From NCBI GenBank assembly GCA_964429255.1, contig CAYSBP010000004.1, positions 1 to 42,969 on the forward strand: a stretch of 42,969 nucleotides of DNA, read 5' to 3'. This DNA is from an uncultured Planctomycetia bacterium. GTDB lineage: Bacteria > Planctomycetota > SZUA-567 > H5-PLA8. The first letter of the stretch is position 1, and the number at the start of each line of letters is the position of its first letter. The notes beneath the pieces are model-generated. The model saw nothing but the letters and a program-made list of their open reading frames with translations. It had not been told where the DNA came from and ran no database searches. Made by a program: the position numbers and the translations under genes. This document shows, piece by piece, positions 9,075 through 18,111 of the stretch.

Positions 9075-9983
9075 ATGGCTGAGCCATTTCAGGGCGCGTG
9101 GAACTTCATGGGTATTCCGGACGCGCGTGCGCGTCCGGAAAAGGCGCGCGCCTGGGTCCTGCCCATCCCTTATGAAGGCACGACCAGCTACGGCGCCGGC
9201 ACGCGCGAAGGTCCCGCCGCGATCATCGCCGCCTCTCGCCAGGTTGAACGCTACGACCACGAACTCCACCGCGTGCCGATCGACGAGTACGGCGTACATA
9301 CGCTCAGTCCGCTGGCCATGGTCCACCGTTCGCCCGATGCGATGATGGAATCCATCGAGCACGCGGTGCGCGATATCCTGACCGGCACGCCGAAGCCGGA
9401 CGTTCTCTGCGTGTTGGGCGGCGAGCATTCCATCTCGGGCGGAGTGGCGCGAGGTATCCAGCGTGCCGGCCTCAAGGACCTCGTCGCTGTGCAGATTGAC
9501 GCACACGCTGACCTCCGAGATGAGTATGAGAACTCCTCGAACAGCCACGCCTGCGCGGCGCGGCGGATCACCGAAGTCTGTCCCATCTTCCAACTCGGCA
9601 TTCGTAACATCTCCGCCGAAGAGATCGCGTATGCGAAGAGCAGCGGCAAGGCAACCATCGTTTACGCCGAGCAGCGCGACCCGAAGAAATACCTCAAGGC
9701 GCTGGTTCGCTTTGTGCGCGGAAAGAATGTCTACTTCACCATCGACGTGGACGGCTTCGACCCGTCGATCATGCCTTGCACGGGTACGCCGGAGCCCGGC
9801 GGGTTGACATGGGAAGAAGTCCTGGTGATCGCGCGCACGATCTGTCGCGAAGCCGCCTCGGTGCCGGTCTTCGACGTCGTCGAACTGGCGCCGCTGCAGA
9901 GCCTCCGCGGTCCAGACTTCATGGTCGCGAAACTGATCTACAAAATCATGACCTATCTGTTGTTATGCAAGAAGGGGCGATAG
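9075..9983 (+). CDS. speB: Agmatinase (arginase/ureohydrolase family)
   Basis: Mn-binding motifs GGEHSIS, QIDAHADLRD, SHACAARR, IDVDGFDPS...TPEPGGL. The agmatinase versus other ureohydrolase assignment rests on overall similarity only. Confidence 0.8.
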   Translation: MAEPFQGAWNFMGIPDARARPEKARAWVLPIPYEGTTSYGAGTREGPAAIIAASRQVERYDHELHRVPIDEYGVHTLSPLAMVHRSPDAMMESIEHAVRDILTGTPKPDVLCVLGGEHSISGGVARGIQRAGLKDLVAVQIDAHADLRDEYENSSNSHACAARRITEVCPIFQLGIRNISAEEIAYAKSSGKATIVYAEQRDPKKYLKALVRFVRGKNVYFTIDVDGFDPSIMPCTGTPEPGGLTWEEVLVIARTICREAASVPVFDVVELAPLQSLRGPDFMVAKLIYKIMTYLLLCKKGR

Positions 9984-10022
9984 TTCCGCTACACCAAAGA
10001 GCTCCCGTCGGGCGGCCAGACA

Positions 10023-10050
10023 CTCGACACTTGATACTGGATACTCGATA
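10023..10050. repeat. Four tandem heptamers CTNGAYA in the convergent speB/motB spacer
   Basis: CTCGACA CTTGATA CTGGATA CTCGATA read directly at 10023-10050. Confidence 0.6.
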
Positions 10051-10274
10051 CAGGCGATCACGCCTGCCGTCCGTGCATCATCCCGTATTGAGCGTCCAAT
10101 ATCCTCCATCGGATTCGATCATTCAGCAAGGAAGGGCCCCACAGCCATGCGCGTGATCAAACGCCCCCGGCGCTTCGTCAGCCAGTACCCTCACAAGTTC
10201 GCCAACGGCAAAGGACGCTTTCGTTTTGACAGCGGATGCTGCTGGCCCCTTTTTCGACAAGCGGTCGGCCTGGG

Positions 10275-11195
10275 TCAGAACCGATCGGGGCGCCATTGGC
10301 GCGGGCGGACGAGGATCGAGACGCGGCGGTTCAGCGGATCTCTTGGGTCCTGCAGATTGAGTGGACGCGAGTCGGCACAGCCTCCCACCTTCGAGACCTG
10401 CGTAGTGCGCAGTCCGCACTCCACCAGTTCCTTGCGGAAGAGGTCGGCCAGCATCAGACTGCCCACCCATTTGTGCTCCTCGCTCTGCGCCAGCCCGAGT
10501 CCGTGACCGTCGATCTCGACCAGATTGGGCAGCTTGGCGAAACGCTTGGCGATCGTCGAAATCGCTTGACGGATCGGTGGCTGGAGTCGGTCGGACTGTT
10601 CCTCCAGCAAGGGGCAACCGGGCCGTTCGACGAACTGCACCAGCAAGCCCTCCTCGAGCGTCTGGATCGTGATCTGGTCCTTTATGCGCAGGTAGCTGGG
10701 ATCCATGCCGAGAAGATGCCAGAGTTCGTCGGTGAGGTCCAGGAAGTCGCGAACCTCGTCGACTTCCTGTTCGTGCGCGCGTTCGACAGGTGCGGGGCGC
10801 GAACCGGGGTCGGGCGACATATTCGCAGCCGCTCCGGTGATCGACTCCGGCGTCTGACCCTTGTGGCCCTGGTTGACACCCATCCTCTCGTCCAACACGA
10901 TAGGCGACATATCCAACCGGCCGTGCAGGTTGTCCTGGAGGCCATGGTTGCCATTGAAGAGGCTTTCGGTATCCACGCTCTCTTCGGCGTTGGGATGACG
11001 GAAATAGTAGGCGACCGCCGCCTTGACCTCCTGGCTCTGCGCCAGGATCCAGAGGCACATAAAGAGCGCCATCATGGCCGTCATGAAGTCGGCGAAGGCG
11101 ACCTTCCAGGAACCACCGTGGTGGCCGCCGTGATCGCCGCCCTTTTTCTTATAGACGATCTTGATCTTCGGTTTTTCGGACATCGGGTCGGCCAT
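10275..11195 (-). CDS. motB: Flagellar stator protein MotB (OmpA-like C-terminal domain)
   Basis: N-terminus GGSWKVAFADFMTAMMALFMCLW contains the conserved plug/TM Asp. C-terminal peptidoglycan-binding region NRRVSILV. Lies immediately after motA. Confidence 0.9.
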   Translation of the reverse strand: MADPMSEKPKIKIVYKKKGGDHGGHHGGSWKVAFADFMTAMMALFMCLWILAQSQEVKAAVAYYFRHPNAEESVDTESLFNGNHGLQDNLHGRLDMSPIVLDERMGVNQGHKGQTPESITGAAANMSPDPGSRPAPVERAHEQEVDEVRDFLDLTDELWHLLGMDPSYLRIKDQITIQTLEEGLLVQFVERPGCPLLEEQSDRLQPPIRQAISTIAKRFAKLPNLVEIDGHGLGLAQSEEHKWVGSLMLADLFRKELVECGLRTTQVSKVGGCADSRPLNLQDPRDPLNRRVSILVRPRQWRPDRF

Positions 11196-11209
11196 GGCTC
11201 AGGCGACTC

Positions 11210-12064
11210 CTAGCGCGGATTCTTGCAGGCCTTCTCCGTCTCCTGCTGGCTGGGCCGATCGAAACTGAAGATGCCGCGGCGCGCGTACTCGATGGCCGTA
11301 CCGGGTGTGGCGCCGTTGACAAAGGAAAGAAGTCCCGTTTTGATGACCTCCAAGTACTTCTCTTCTTCCTGATGGCACAGTTCAATGGAGGCCGTGATCG
11401 GGTTGACGACGCAGTAGGCGAAGAAGACGCCCAGCAGCGTGCCGACCAGGGCCGCCGCCACGTGATGGCCGACTTCGGCGGGCGGACCATCAATGGCACC
11501 CATGGTGATGATGATGCCCAGCACGGCGCCGACGATGCCGATGCCCGGCAGGCTGTCGCCCACTTTGGCCAATACGGCCGTCGGCATGTGGGATTCGGCC
11601 CTGTGGGTCTCCAGCGAGGCGTCGAGCAGTTGCTCCAGTTCCTCGGCCTGCACACTACCATCGATGACCAGACGTAGGGATTCGATCAGGAACTCCATGC
11701 CGGCTTTGTTGTGCAGCAGTTTGGGGTACTTCATCAGGATCTCGCTCTTGTGCGGATCGGAAACATGCGGTTCGAGGGTCAGCAGACCCTGTTTTCGGGC
11801 GAGGGAGAAGAACTGGAACATGACGGCCATGAGTTCGAGGTAGCAGTCCTTGTCGAGTTTGTGGCCGCCTTTGAGCGCGCCGATCACGGCCTCGACGATC
11901 TTCTTCAGCAGTTTCATGGGCGAGGAGACGATCATCGCCCCGATGGACGCGCCCAGGATGGTGATGAACTCGGCCGGCTGCAGGATCGCGCCGATCTTGC
12001 CGCCGGCGATCGAATAGCCACCCAGGACGGCGACCATCACGAAGATCAGTCCAGGTATCACCAC
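11210..12064 (-). CDS. motA: Flagellar stator protein MotA
   Basis: 284 aa, MotA/TolQ/ExbB-type with 4 TM segments (IAGGKIGAILQPAEFITILG..., GIVGAVLGIIITMG). GTG start at 12064 with AAGAGGG RBS 9 nt upstream. Confidence 0.9.
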   Translation of the reverse strand: MVIPGLIFVMVAVLGGYSIAGGKIGAILQPAEFITILGASIGAMIVSSPMKLLKKIVEAVIGALKGGHKLDKDCYLELMAVMFQFFSLARKQGLLTLEPHVSDPHKSEILMKYPKLLHNKAGMEFLIESLRLVIDGSVQAEELEQLLDASLETHRAESHMPTAVLAKVGDSLPGIGIVGAVLGIIITMGAIDGPPAEVGHHVAAALVGTLLGVFFAYCVVNPITASIELCHQEEEKYLEVIKTGLLSFVNGATPGTAIEYARRGIFSFDRPSQQETEKACKNPR

Positions 12065-12095
12065 GGCTGCAAACCCTCTTATACGGCCGCTTCCA

Positions 12096-12120
12096 GGGAG
12101 CGGGCGGGACGCCCGCGCCC
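12096..12120 (-). other. GC-rich intercistronic hairpin between flgE and motA
   Basis: GCGGGCG (12100-12106), GGA loop, CGCCCGC (12110-12116), flanked by GGG/CCC. No U-tract follows on the minus strand, so it is not a classical terminator. Confidence 0.5.
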
Positions 12121-12139
12121 CACTCAGACCATCTCCAGC

Positions 12140-12988
12140 TTACCGCTTAAGGTTGATCATCTCCTGCAGGATCTCGTCCGAGGTGGTGATGACACGGGAA
12201 CTGGCCTGGAGACCGCGTTGCGAGCGGATCATTTCGGTGAACTCGCGTGCCAGATCGACCGTCGACATCTCCAGGTACCCCGAGCGCAGCACGCCGCGCC
12301 CCTCGAGGCCGGGTGCCGTGTAAAGAGCCGTCTGCGGATCGGTGCCGGCGGCCGGAGTATATTGGTAGAGGTTGTTACCCGCGCGGCGTAAGGCTTCGGG
12401 GTTCTCGAAGTCGGCGATCGCCAGGTAGCCGACCACTTCGGAAGTACCATCCTGACGCATGACGTTGACACGACCGTTCGATTCGATCGAGAAGGAAACC
12501 ATGGGGTTCAGTGGATCGGTCGATTCGACGACGATGGGGATGAAGGCTTCACCCGCTGTACCGGTGGCCGAACCCAGGACGACGTATCCGTTGGGATCGA
12601 GCACCAGCTGGTTGATGGTGTCGGTCGACATCGCGCCCGCGCGGGTGTAGTAGTAGCTGCTCGTCGCGGCATCCTGAACGACGAAGAAGCCGTCACCTTC
12701 GATGGCTAGATCGGTCGGGACGCCGGTGGACTGCAGCGAGCCCTGGTCGAAGAGCGGTGTGATGGCGCCCAGGCTCACGCCAAGGCCGATCTGGGCGCCG
12801 TTGGTTCCGGCTGTCGTGGCAGTCGCTTCCGTAGGACTGGACAACGTCTGCGACAGCGTGTCCACGAAGAGCGCGCGACTAGCCTTGTATGCCACCGTGT
12901 TGACGTTGGCGAGGTTGTTAGAGACGACGGCGAGCAGCTGCTGGTGCGTCTGCAGAGCCGAAATCGCGCTGTACATGGACTGAATCAT
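12140..12988 (-). CDS. flgE: Flagellar hook protein FlgE (short form, 282 aa)
   Basis: Rod/hook family N-terminus MIQSMYSAISALQTHQQLLAVVSNNLANVNTVAYK and C-terminus VDLAREFTEMIRSQRGLQASSRVITTSDEILQEMINLKR. Position directly after flgD argues for FlgE rather than FlgG. Confidence 0.75.
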   Translation of the reverse strand: MIQSMYSAISALQTHQQLLAVVSNNLANVNTVAYKASRALFVDTLSQTLSSPTEATATTAGTNGAQIGLGVSLGAITPLFDQGSLQSTGVPTDLAIEGDGFFVVQDAATSSYYYTRAGAMSTDTINQLVLDPNGYVVLGSATGTAGEAFIPIVVESTDPLNPMVSFSIESNGRVNVMRQDGTSEVVGYLAIADFENPEALRRAGNNLYQYTPAAGTDPQTALYTAPGLEGRGVLRSGYLEMSTVDLAREFTEMIRSQRGLQASSRVITTSDEILQEMINLKR

Positions 12989-13042
12989 GGCCTTCTCCTT
13001 GCCTTATCGGCAGATCCTTCGCGCCGCTTCTCCGGCGCGGGC

Positions 13043-13459
13043 CTACATCACCCGGCGAATCGAATCCAGCTTGAGCTCGACACCATTGCCCACGCCCAGC
13101 GTCAACGCGCCGTCGGTGCCGATGCGCACATCGCTGACCAGCCCCTGGATCAGGGTTCCGTCCGAATTCGCGTATTCGACGGTTCGCTGAATCAGGGCGC
13201 TGGCCTGCAGGAGCTGACTGCTCTGCATCATCGACTCCATCCCCTGGGTGAGGTCGGAGACGAGCTGAAGCTGGGTAATCTGCGAAACCTGCTGCATCAG
13301 TTCGGAGTTCGACATCGGCGCGGTGGGATCCTGATACTGCAACTGGGCGGCGAAGAGCTGGAGGAAATCGTCACCCGTCATGAAGCTCTTCATGCCGTCG
13401 TTGAACGTCGCAGTCTGGCCAATCGCGTCCACCATGATCGAACTCCTTTGAGACCACAC
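13043..13459 (-). CDS. flgD: Hook capping/assembly protein FlgD
   Basis: FlgD N-terminal motif DDFLQLFAAQLQYQDPTAPMSNSELMQQVSQITQLQ. Sits between fliK and flgE. Confidence 0.88.
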   Translation of the reverse strand: MWSQRSSIMVDAIGQTATFNDGMKSFMTGDDFLQLFAAQLQYQDPTAPMSNSELMQQVSQITQLQLVSDLTQGMESMMQSSQLLQASALIQRTVEYANSDGTLIQGLVSDVRIGTDGALTLGVGNGVELKLDSIRRVM

Positions 13460-13465
13460 CCTGGC

Positions 13466-14965
13466 TTACGTGTTCATCGAACCGAACTGCTCGGCAAAAC
13501 TGCTGTCCGCCTCTTCGCGCTGCGCGTTGCGTTCAGGCCGTTCCTGACCGTGCTGTCGCTGGGAGCCGGACTGGGCATACCCGCGGCCTTCCGAGCTGGC
13601 CATCACACCGAGGGAGTTCTGGTTGACGACGGGCGGCATCAGGCGAATCTCCCACTGCCCAAGCGCACTGCGCAACTCGGACAAATTGTCGAGAAGCAAA
13701 GCGTGGGCCTTTGGATCGAGGGCCTGGATTTCCAGACGCATATGCCCTGCAGAAGCGCCGCGGACGGCGCCGGAAAGCTTGAGCCTTAACGTACCCATGC
13801 CTTCCGGCTTCAATTCCATCTCGACGACGCGCATCCCGCCGCGCTGCGCCGTCTGAACGGCTTCCGATACCTGGCGCGCAGGCGAGGCGGATGCAGCCTT
13901 CGGCTCGGCACCTCGGTCAATCGAATCAACAGAACGTGTTTCCGTGGCGGGCGGAGCGATGACGCGTTGAGCTTCGGCGAAGTCCTTGCCGACCCCTTCG
14001 GCCTTTTCGTCCGGCAGGGTCTGCCGTCCGGAGACGCTGCGTTCCGGCGCGGAGGTTGCCGGACGCAGCGTCCCGAACGGCCCTACAGGAATCTCATCGG
14101 CGCCTTTACCGGTCACTTTAGCCTCATTTGTCGCAGTCGTTTCCGTAGGCATCGCCGGCCGGGCCGTCTCGGCCTTCGACGTCCTGACGGGCGCTGAATG
14201 GCCTTCAGCCTCATCCTGCGTCTGCGTTTCGGCTGTTTTGACGACACGCTCGGACGACGCCAGCGTTTCCTTTGGCGCCGTTGGTTCGACGGTCAGGTCG
14301 GCGACGACTTTCGCCTCGCGCGGAAGCTTCACGTCCGCAGTCTCACCATTCGCCGGCAGTTTCACAGCCTGCGCGAGCGCCATCTCGTCACCGTCCACTA
14401 TTTCCGGTGTAACCCGGACGGCCGGTTCGCCCGACTTGCCCGTTTTCGCTATGAGCGCACGGAGCATCTCAGGTGCCTCAATGCGCTGCTCCGCCGCACG
14501 AAATGCCTGTATGGCTTCACCGGAGAACTCCTTCGCAAAAGCTTCGTACAGCCGTACTTCCGCCGCCTCCTCGGGCATGGCTTCACCGGAGAACTCCGTC
14601 GCGAAAGCTTCGTACAGCCGCCCTTCCGCCGCATCCTCGGGCAGCGCAGGGACGAGATCCCACAGCGAAAGCGCGCGGGACGGCTGGATGGATGCCGAAT
14701 CGACGAACGTTTCGGCCTGCGCGTCAACAGGCAACTGCAACTCCGGCTTCGGAAGCGTCACAAACCCGCACGCGACGCAAGCCAGCACTTCGCTGAACGC
14801 AGCGGCCTGCTCCGCCGATTCCGTATCGATCTTCTCGGCATTCGCAGGCATCGCGCCATCCGTAAAGGCCTTGGCGGATACCGGTTCGCCCATCCCCTTC
14901 ACGGTTGAGGCCGGGGCGGCCGGCGGTGGCGTCACGGCGGGAAGAATCATAAGGGCGTCGCTCAT
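13466..14965 (-). CDS. fliK: Hook-length control protein FliK
   Basis: 499 aa, Ala/Pro/Glu-rich and apparently disordered over most of its length. C-terminal Flg_hook-like segment (VEMELKPEGMGTLRLKLS...LEIQALDPKAHALLLDNLSELRSAL). Canonical position before flgD. Start overlaps the upstream gene in an ATGA. Confidence 0.8.
   Translation of the reverse strand: MSDALMILPAVTPPPAAPASTVKGMGEPVSAKAFTDGAMPANAEKIDTESAEQAAAFSEVLACVACGFVTLPKPELQLPVDAQAETFVDSASIQPSRALSLWDLVPALPEDAAEGRLYEAFATEFSGEAMPEEAAEVRLYEAFAKEFSGEAIQAFRAAEQRIEAPEMLRALIAKTGKSGEPAVRVTPEIVDGDEMALAQAVKLPANGETADVKLPREAKVVADLTVEPTAPKETLASSERVVKTAETQTQDEAEGHSAPVRTSKAETARPAMPTETTATNEAKVTGKGADEIPVGPFGTLRPATSAPERSVSGRQTLPDEKAEGVGKDFAEAQRVIAPPATETRSVDSIDRGAEPKAASASPARQVSEAVQTAQRGGMRVVEMELKPEGMGTLRLKLSGAVRGASAGHMRLEIQALDPKAHALLLDNLSELRSALGQWEIRLMPPVVNQNSLGVMASSEGRGYAQSGSQRQHGQERPERNAQREEADSSFAEQFGSMNT
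14513..14644 (-). repeat. 66-bp x 2 tandem direct repeat inside fliK (22-aa duplication)
   Basis: Units 14513-14578 and 14579-14644 differ at 6 of 66 positions by my count. They encode EDAAEGRLYEAFATEFSGEAMP and EEAAEVRLYEAFAKEFSGEAIQ. Confidence 0.9.
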
Positions 14966-15651
14966 TGTGTTGCTCCCTTAGTGGAACCTTCGTTCTTGGG
15001 CTCCGGTTTCGTTGTCAACCGAAGCTTCTGCAACTTCGTCATGATGTCTGAAGCAAGTTTCGCGCCTTCCGGTCCAGATCCCGAAAATCCTGCGATCACG
15101 GGTGCAGCCTGACGCTCGTTCATACTGTAGAGAATCTGTGCAACCAGATTCGGGTCCAGTTCCTTGGCGATCGTGAAAACCTCCCCCGGCTCCATGGAGG
15201 CCCATATCTTCGCAAGTCGTTTGGTGTTCTTCAGTTCTGTCTGGTCCTTCTCAATGCGCAGGGCGTTGATTTCAGCGGTGAGACGCTCCCCGGTTTTTTC
15301 GATTTCGCGCTTGAGCGTCTCCATCGCAGCGCGTTCCTGCTCCAACCGTCGTTTTCCCAGCGCCACCTCCGCGCTCTCTGCGTCCAGGCGGGCGCGCATG
15401 CTCTTGGCGTCCGCAAGGAGGCGCCGGACCTCAACTTCCTTGAGTTTCAGGGGATCTTCAGGTTCGGCCTTCGCGGCGGGCTCTTTTTCTTTGGCGGTGG
15501 CCAAGGGAAGGACCTTGGCCAGCGGATCGACGCCGCCGACGCGCATGCCCAGGATGGCTCCCGCACCCATGGCGATGCCCGCAACGAAGAGCAATACTCC
15601 AACCAGTGCCTTGCCCTGTCGCGGGCGCGTAAGTGTCCTGAGCGCATTCAT
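14962..15651 (-). CDS. FlbB/YlxF/MotE-like flagellar protein (N-terminal TM, coiled coil, MgtE-N-like C-terminal domain)
   Basis: TM segment ALVGVLLFVAGIAMGAGAILG, a charged coiled-coil middle and C-terminal LAKIWASMEPGEVFTIAKELDPNLVAQILYSMNERQAAPVIAGF. Occupies the slot between fliJ and fliK, as ylxF does in Bacillus and flbB in Borrelia. Confidence 0.6.
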   Translation of the reverse strand: MNALRTLTRPRQGKALVGVLLFVAGIAMGAGAILGMRVGGVDPLAKVLPLATAKEKEPAAKAEPEDPLKLKEVEVRRLLADAKSMRARLDAESAEVALGKRRLEQERAAMETLKREIEKTGERLTAEINALRIEKDQTELKNTKRLAKIWASMEPGEVFTIAKELDPNLVAQILYSMNERQAAPVIAGFSGSGPEGAKLASDIMTKLQKLRLTTKPEPKNEGSTKGATQ

Positions 15652-15654
15652 GGC

Positions 15655-16119
15655 TTATTCCTCCGCTTGCGTCTCTTTCCTGCGTACGAAGCGTGTGGTG
15701 CCGTGTTCGTCCAACTGCCCCTGCTCCTCCATGAAGAGGGCATCGGCATGGCGCCGGGCGTGACGTTCACGCAGTTTCTCGAGGATGCGGCGCTTTTTGG
15801 AGGCATCCTGAAGACGCGTTCGGCACAAGGCTTCGTGTTCGCAGGTTTGAGCCAGCTTGGCGTGTGCGGCGTTGAGGCGTCGCTGAAGGACCGCGCGGTA
15901 GGCTTCGAAGTCGCGTAAGGTCTCGACGCTCGTGCCGCTCGTGCGTTCGGCTTCGGCCCACGCCCGTTCCAAGGCTTCGCGCTCCGCTTCGAGTTGCCGA
16001 ACCGTTTCGTGCGCCTGACGGACGGCTTCGACAGCGGCGGCGAGCGCCTCACGGCACTCGTCCTCCGCCTGTCTGCGGAGGCGCAGGAGCGTCTCCAAGC
16101 GGAACGTGAATTTCTTCAT
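15655..16119 (-). CDS. fliJ: Flagellar export chaperone/stalk protein FliJ
   Basis: 154 aa, all coiled coil. N-terminus FTFRLETLLRLRRQAED is typical of FliJ. Overlaps the fliI stop by 4 nt. Confidence 0.8.
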   Translation of the reverse strand: MKKFTFRLETLLRLRRQAEDECREALAAAVEAVRQAHETVRQLEAEREALERAWAEAERTSGTSVETLRDFEAYRAVLQRRLNAAHAKLAQTCEHEALCRTRLQDASKKRRILEKLRERHARRHADALFMEEQGQLDEHGTTRFVRRKETQAEE

Positions 16120-17444
16120 TTCCGCTCAGCCAGCTCGCGCAGGCCTTGCACGACGGCTTCATACCCGGCGATTTCTTCCGGCGCCTGTTTGAGGAAGGCC
16201 TGGATTTCCGGCCAAACCTTCAGGGCCAAGTCCACCTCCGGGTTGGAGCCTGCCAAGTACGCACCGACATCAAGCAAGTCGCGGGCCTTGGCGTGGACGG
16301 CCATCAGGCTTCTGATCTGTCCGGCCGCCTTTCGGTGCTCGGGCGAAACGATATCCAGGAAGACACGACTCTGACTCTGCAGCACGTCCACGGCGGGGTA
16401 GTGGTTGGCGGCCGCCATTTCGCGCGAAAGGACCACGTGTCCGTCCAGAATGGAGCGGACCGCATCGGCCACCGGTTCGTTCATGTCGTCACCTTCGACC
16501 AGGACGGTGTAGAGGCCCGTGACGGAGCCTTTCTCCCCCATGCCCGAACGTTCCAACAGGCGCGGCAGGAGCGAGAAGACCGAAGGCACGTAGCCGCGCG
16601 TGGTCGGCGGCTCGCCCACCGCCAGCCCGACTTCGCGCTGCGCCATGCACAGGCGCGTCACCGAGTCCATCATCAGCAGCACGTTGGCACCCTGGTCGCG
16701 AAAGAACTCGGCGATCGAGGCGGCCGTGAGTGCGCCCTTGATGCGCAGGAGCGCGGGCTGGTCGGAGGTCACCACAATGACGACCGAGCGGGCCAGTCCT
16801 TCTGGACCGAGGTCGCGTTCGATGAAATCGCGCACTTCGCGTCCGCGTTCGCCGATCAGCGCGATGACGTTCATGTCGGCCTTGGCGTAGCGCGCGAACA
16901 TCCCGAGGATGGAGCTCTTGCCGACGCCGCTTCCTCCGAAGATGCCGATGCGTTGCCCCATGCCGCAGGTCATGAAGGCATCGATCACGCGAACGCCCAG
17001 CGGGAGCGGTTTGGTGACACGTTCGCGCTTGAGCGGATCGGGGGGCAAAGCGACCAGCGGGCGGTACTCGTCGCAGATGAACGGGGCCTTGTTGTCGATC
17101 GGACGGCCCAAGCCATCCAGGACGCGGCCCAGGGCCTCGCTGGCGATCGGGACGGCCAGCGGCCGGCCGGTCGCACGCACCGTCAGTCCCGGCCCAATTC
17201 CCTCCAGGTCGCCCAGCGGCATCAGCAGGATGCGCGAATCGCGGAAGCCGACCACTTCGGCGGCGCGATGGCTTCCGTCCGGCAGATCGACCCAGCAGAG
17301 TTCGCCCAGCGAAGCCGGCGGCCCATCGCTCTCGACGATCAGCCCCACGATCTGGGCCACCCGGCCGGTCCGGCGGAAGGTCGACACGCTGTTGAGCCGC
17401 TTGAGCTTATTAACCGGGTTGAGCCGGTCGGTTGCCTGACCCAT
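16116..17444 (-). CDS. fliI: Flagellum-specific ATPase FliI
   Basis: Walker A GIFGGSGVGKSS, Walker B VLLMMDSVTR, F1/T3SS ATPase fold throughout. AAGGAA RBS before ATG 17444. Confidence 0.95.
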   Translation of the reverse strand: MGQATDRLNPVNKLKRLNSVSTFRRTGRVAQIVGLIVESDGPPASLGELCWVDLPDGSHRAAEVVGFRDSRILLMPLGDLEGIGPGLTVRATGRPLAVPIASEALGRVLDGLGRPIDNKAPFICDEYRPLVALPPDPLKRERVTKPLPLGVRVIDAFMTCGMGQRIGIFGGSGVGKSSILGMFARYAKADMNVIALIGERGREVRDFIERDLGPEGLARSVVIVVTSDQPALLRIKGALTAASIAEFFRDQGANVLLMMDSVTRLCMAQREVGLAVGEPPTTRGYVPSVFSLLPRLLERSGMGEKGSVTGLYTVLVEGDDMNEPVADAVRSILDGHVVLSREMAAANHYPAVDVLQSQSRVFLDIVSPEHRKAAGQIRSLMAVHAKARDLLDVGAYLAGSNPEVDLALKVWPEIQAFLKQAPEEIAGYEAVVQGLRELAERK

Positions 17445-18111
17445 CGTCGATTCCTTGCGGTTCCATCCCGCGCAGGGCCTGTTCGATCAGTTCGAGCTGC
17501 GTTTCCATTCGCGCATCGACCTGGCCGGCCGCGCTCTCCAAGACACAGCCGCCGCGGGCAATGGCCGGATCGGCGCACAGAAGCAGTTCCTCGGGCAGGG
17601 GCTCGCCGATCTTGCGCAGCTGGTCGCGCGAGGACTCGATGATGCGCAGATCGTCGGGGCTGAGTCGCGCACGGAGTGCCTTTCGCGCGGGCGCTTGGGC
17701 GAGGGCGCGGCGCAGGATGCTGCGGATGGCCTCGCCATCTCGGATCTCGCGCCCCAGGATTTTTCGGGCCACGGCCAGTGCCAGCGTCACGCTCTGCTCA
17801 TCCGCAGCGTCGGTCAGTCTCGTCTTTTCGACCTCGTAGGACCGGGCCGCATTGCGCAGGACCTGGACGGCCTGGCTCAGCTCCTTCAGCACTTCGGCGC
17901 GGCCTTCCTTATGGCCATGCTGATAGGACGCTTCCGCGGTGGCGGCATTTTGGGCAGGCGGGCGGTCCGCCGACGCGGCCGAAGCCGGGTGAGACGGATC
18001 GGCCAACGGTGCCGCAGTCGGCTTGGCACGCTCCGCCAGTCCGCCCTCGATCCTGACGTTGTGCAGGATGCGTCCGAGATGGAGGGGGCGCGGGTCATTC
18101 GACGAGGTCAT
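17410..18111 (-). CDS. fliH: Flagellar export protein FliH
   Basis: Sits between fliG and fliI. FliH/YscL-like C-terminal half (LALAVARKILGREI...DPAIARGGCVLESAAGQVDARMETQLELI). ATG 18111 has GAGGG 8 nt upstream; the ORF track starts at GTG 18120. Confidence 0.8.
   Translation of the reverse strand: MTSSNDPRPLHLGRILHNVRIEGGLAERAKPTAAPLADPSHPASAASADRPPAQNAATAEASYQHGHKEGRAEVLKELSQAVQVLRNAARSYEVEKTRLTDAADEQSVTLALAVARKILGREIRDGEAIRSILRRALAQAPARKALRARLSPDDLRIIESSRDQLRKIGEPLPEELLLCADPAIARGGCVLESAAGQVDARMETQLELIEQALRGMEPQGIDDGSGNRPAQPG

Noticed and set aside
12079-12087. Sigma-28-like -10 box (GCCGTATAA on the minus strand) before motA
   Set aside because: It has one extra base relative to GCCGATAA and no TAAA -35 element at the right distance. 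It overlaps the motA RBS, which would leave a leader of only about 6 nt.
13986-14981. 331-aa plus-strand ORF rich in Ser/Ala
   Set aside because: Antisense to fliK, whose operon position, ATGA coupling and C-terminal domain support the minus-strand frame. The plus frame mirrors the Ala/Glu/Pro codon bias of fliK.
16146-17642. 498-aa plus-strand ORF
   Set aside because: Antisense to fliI and fliH, which have unmistakable motifs. The composition is Arg/Ala/Gly/His-rich, again a GC-rich shadow ORF.
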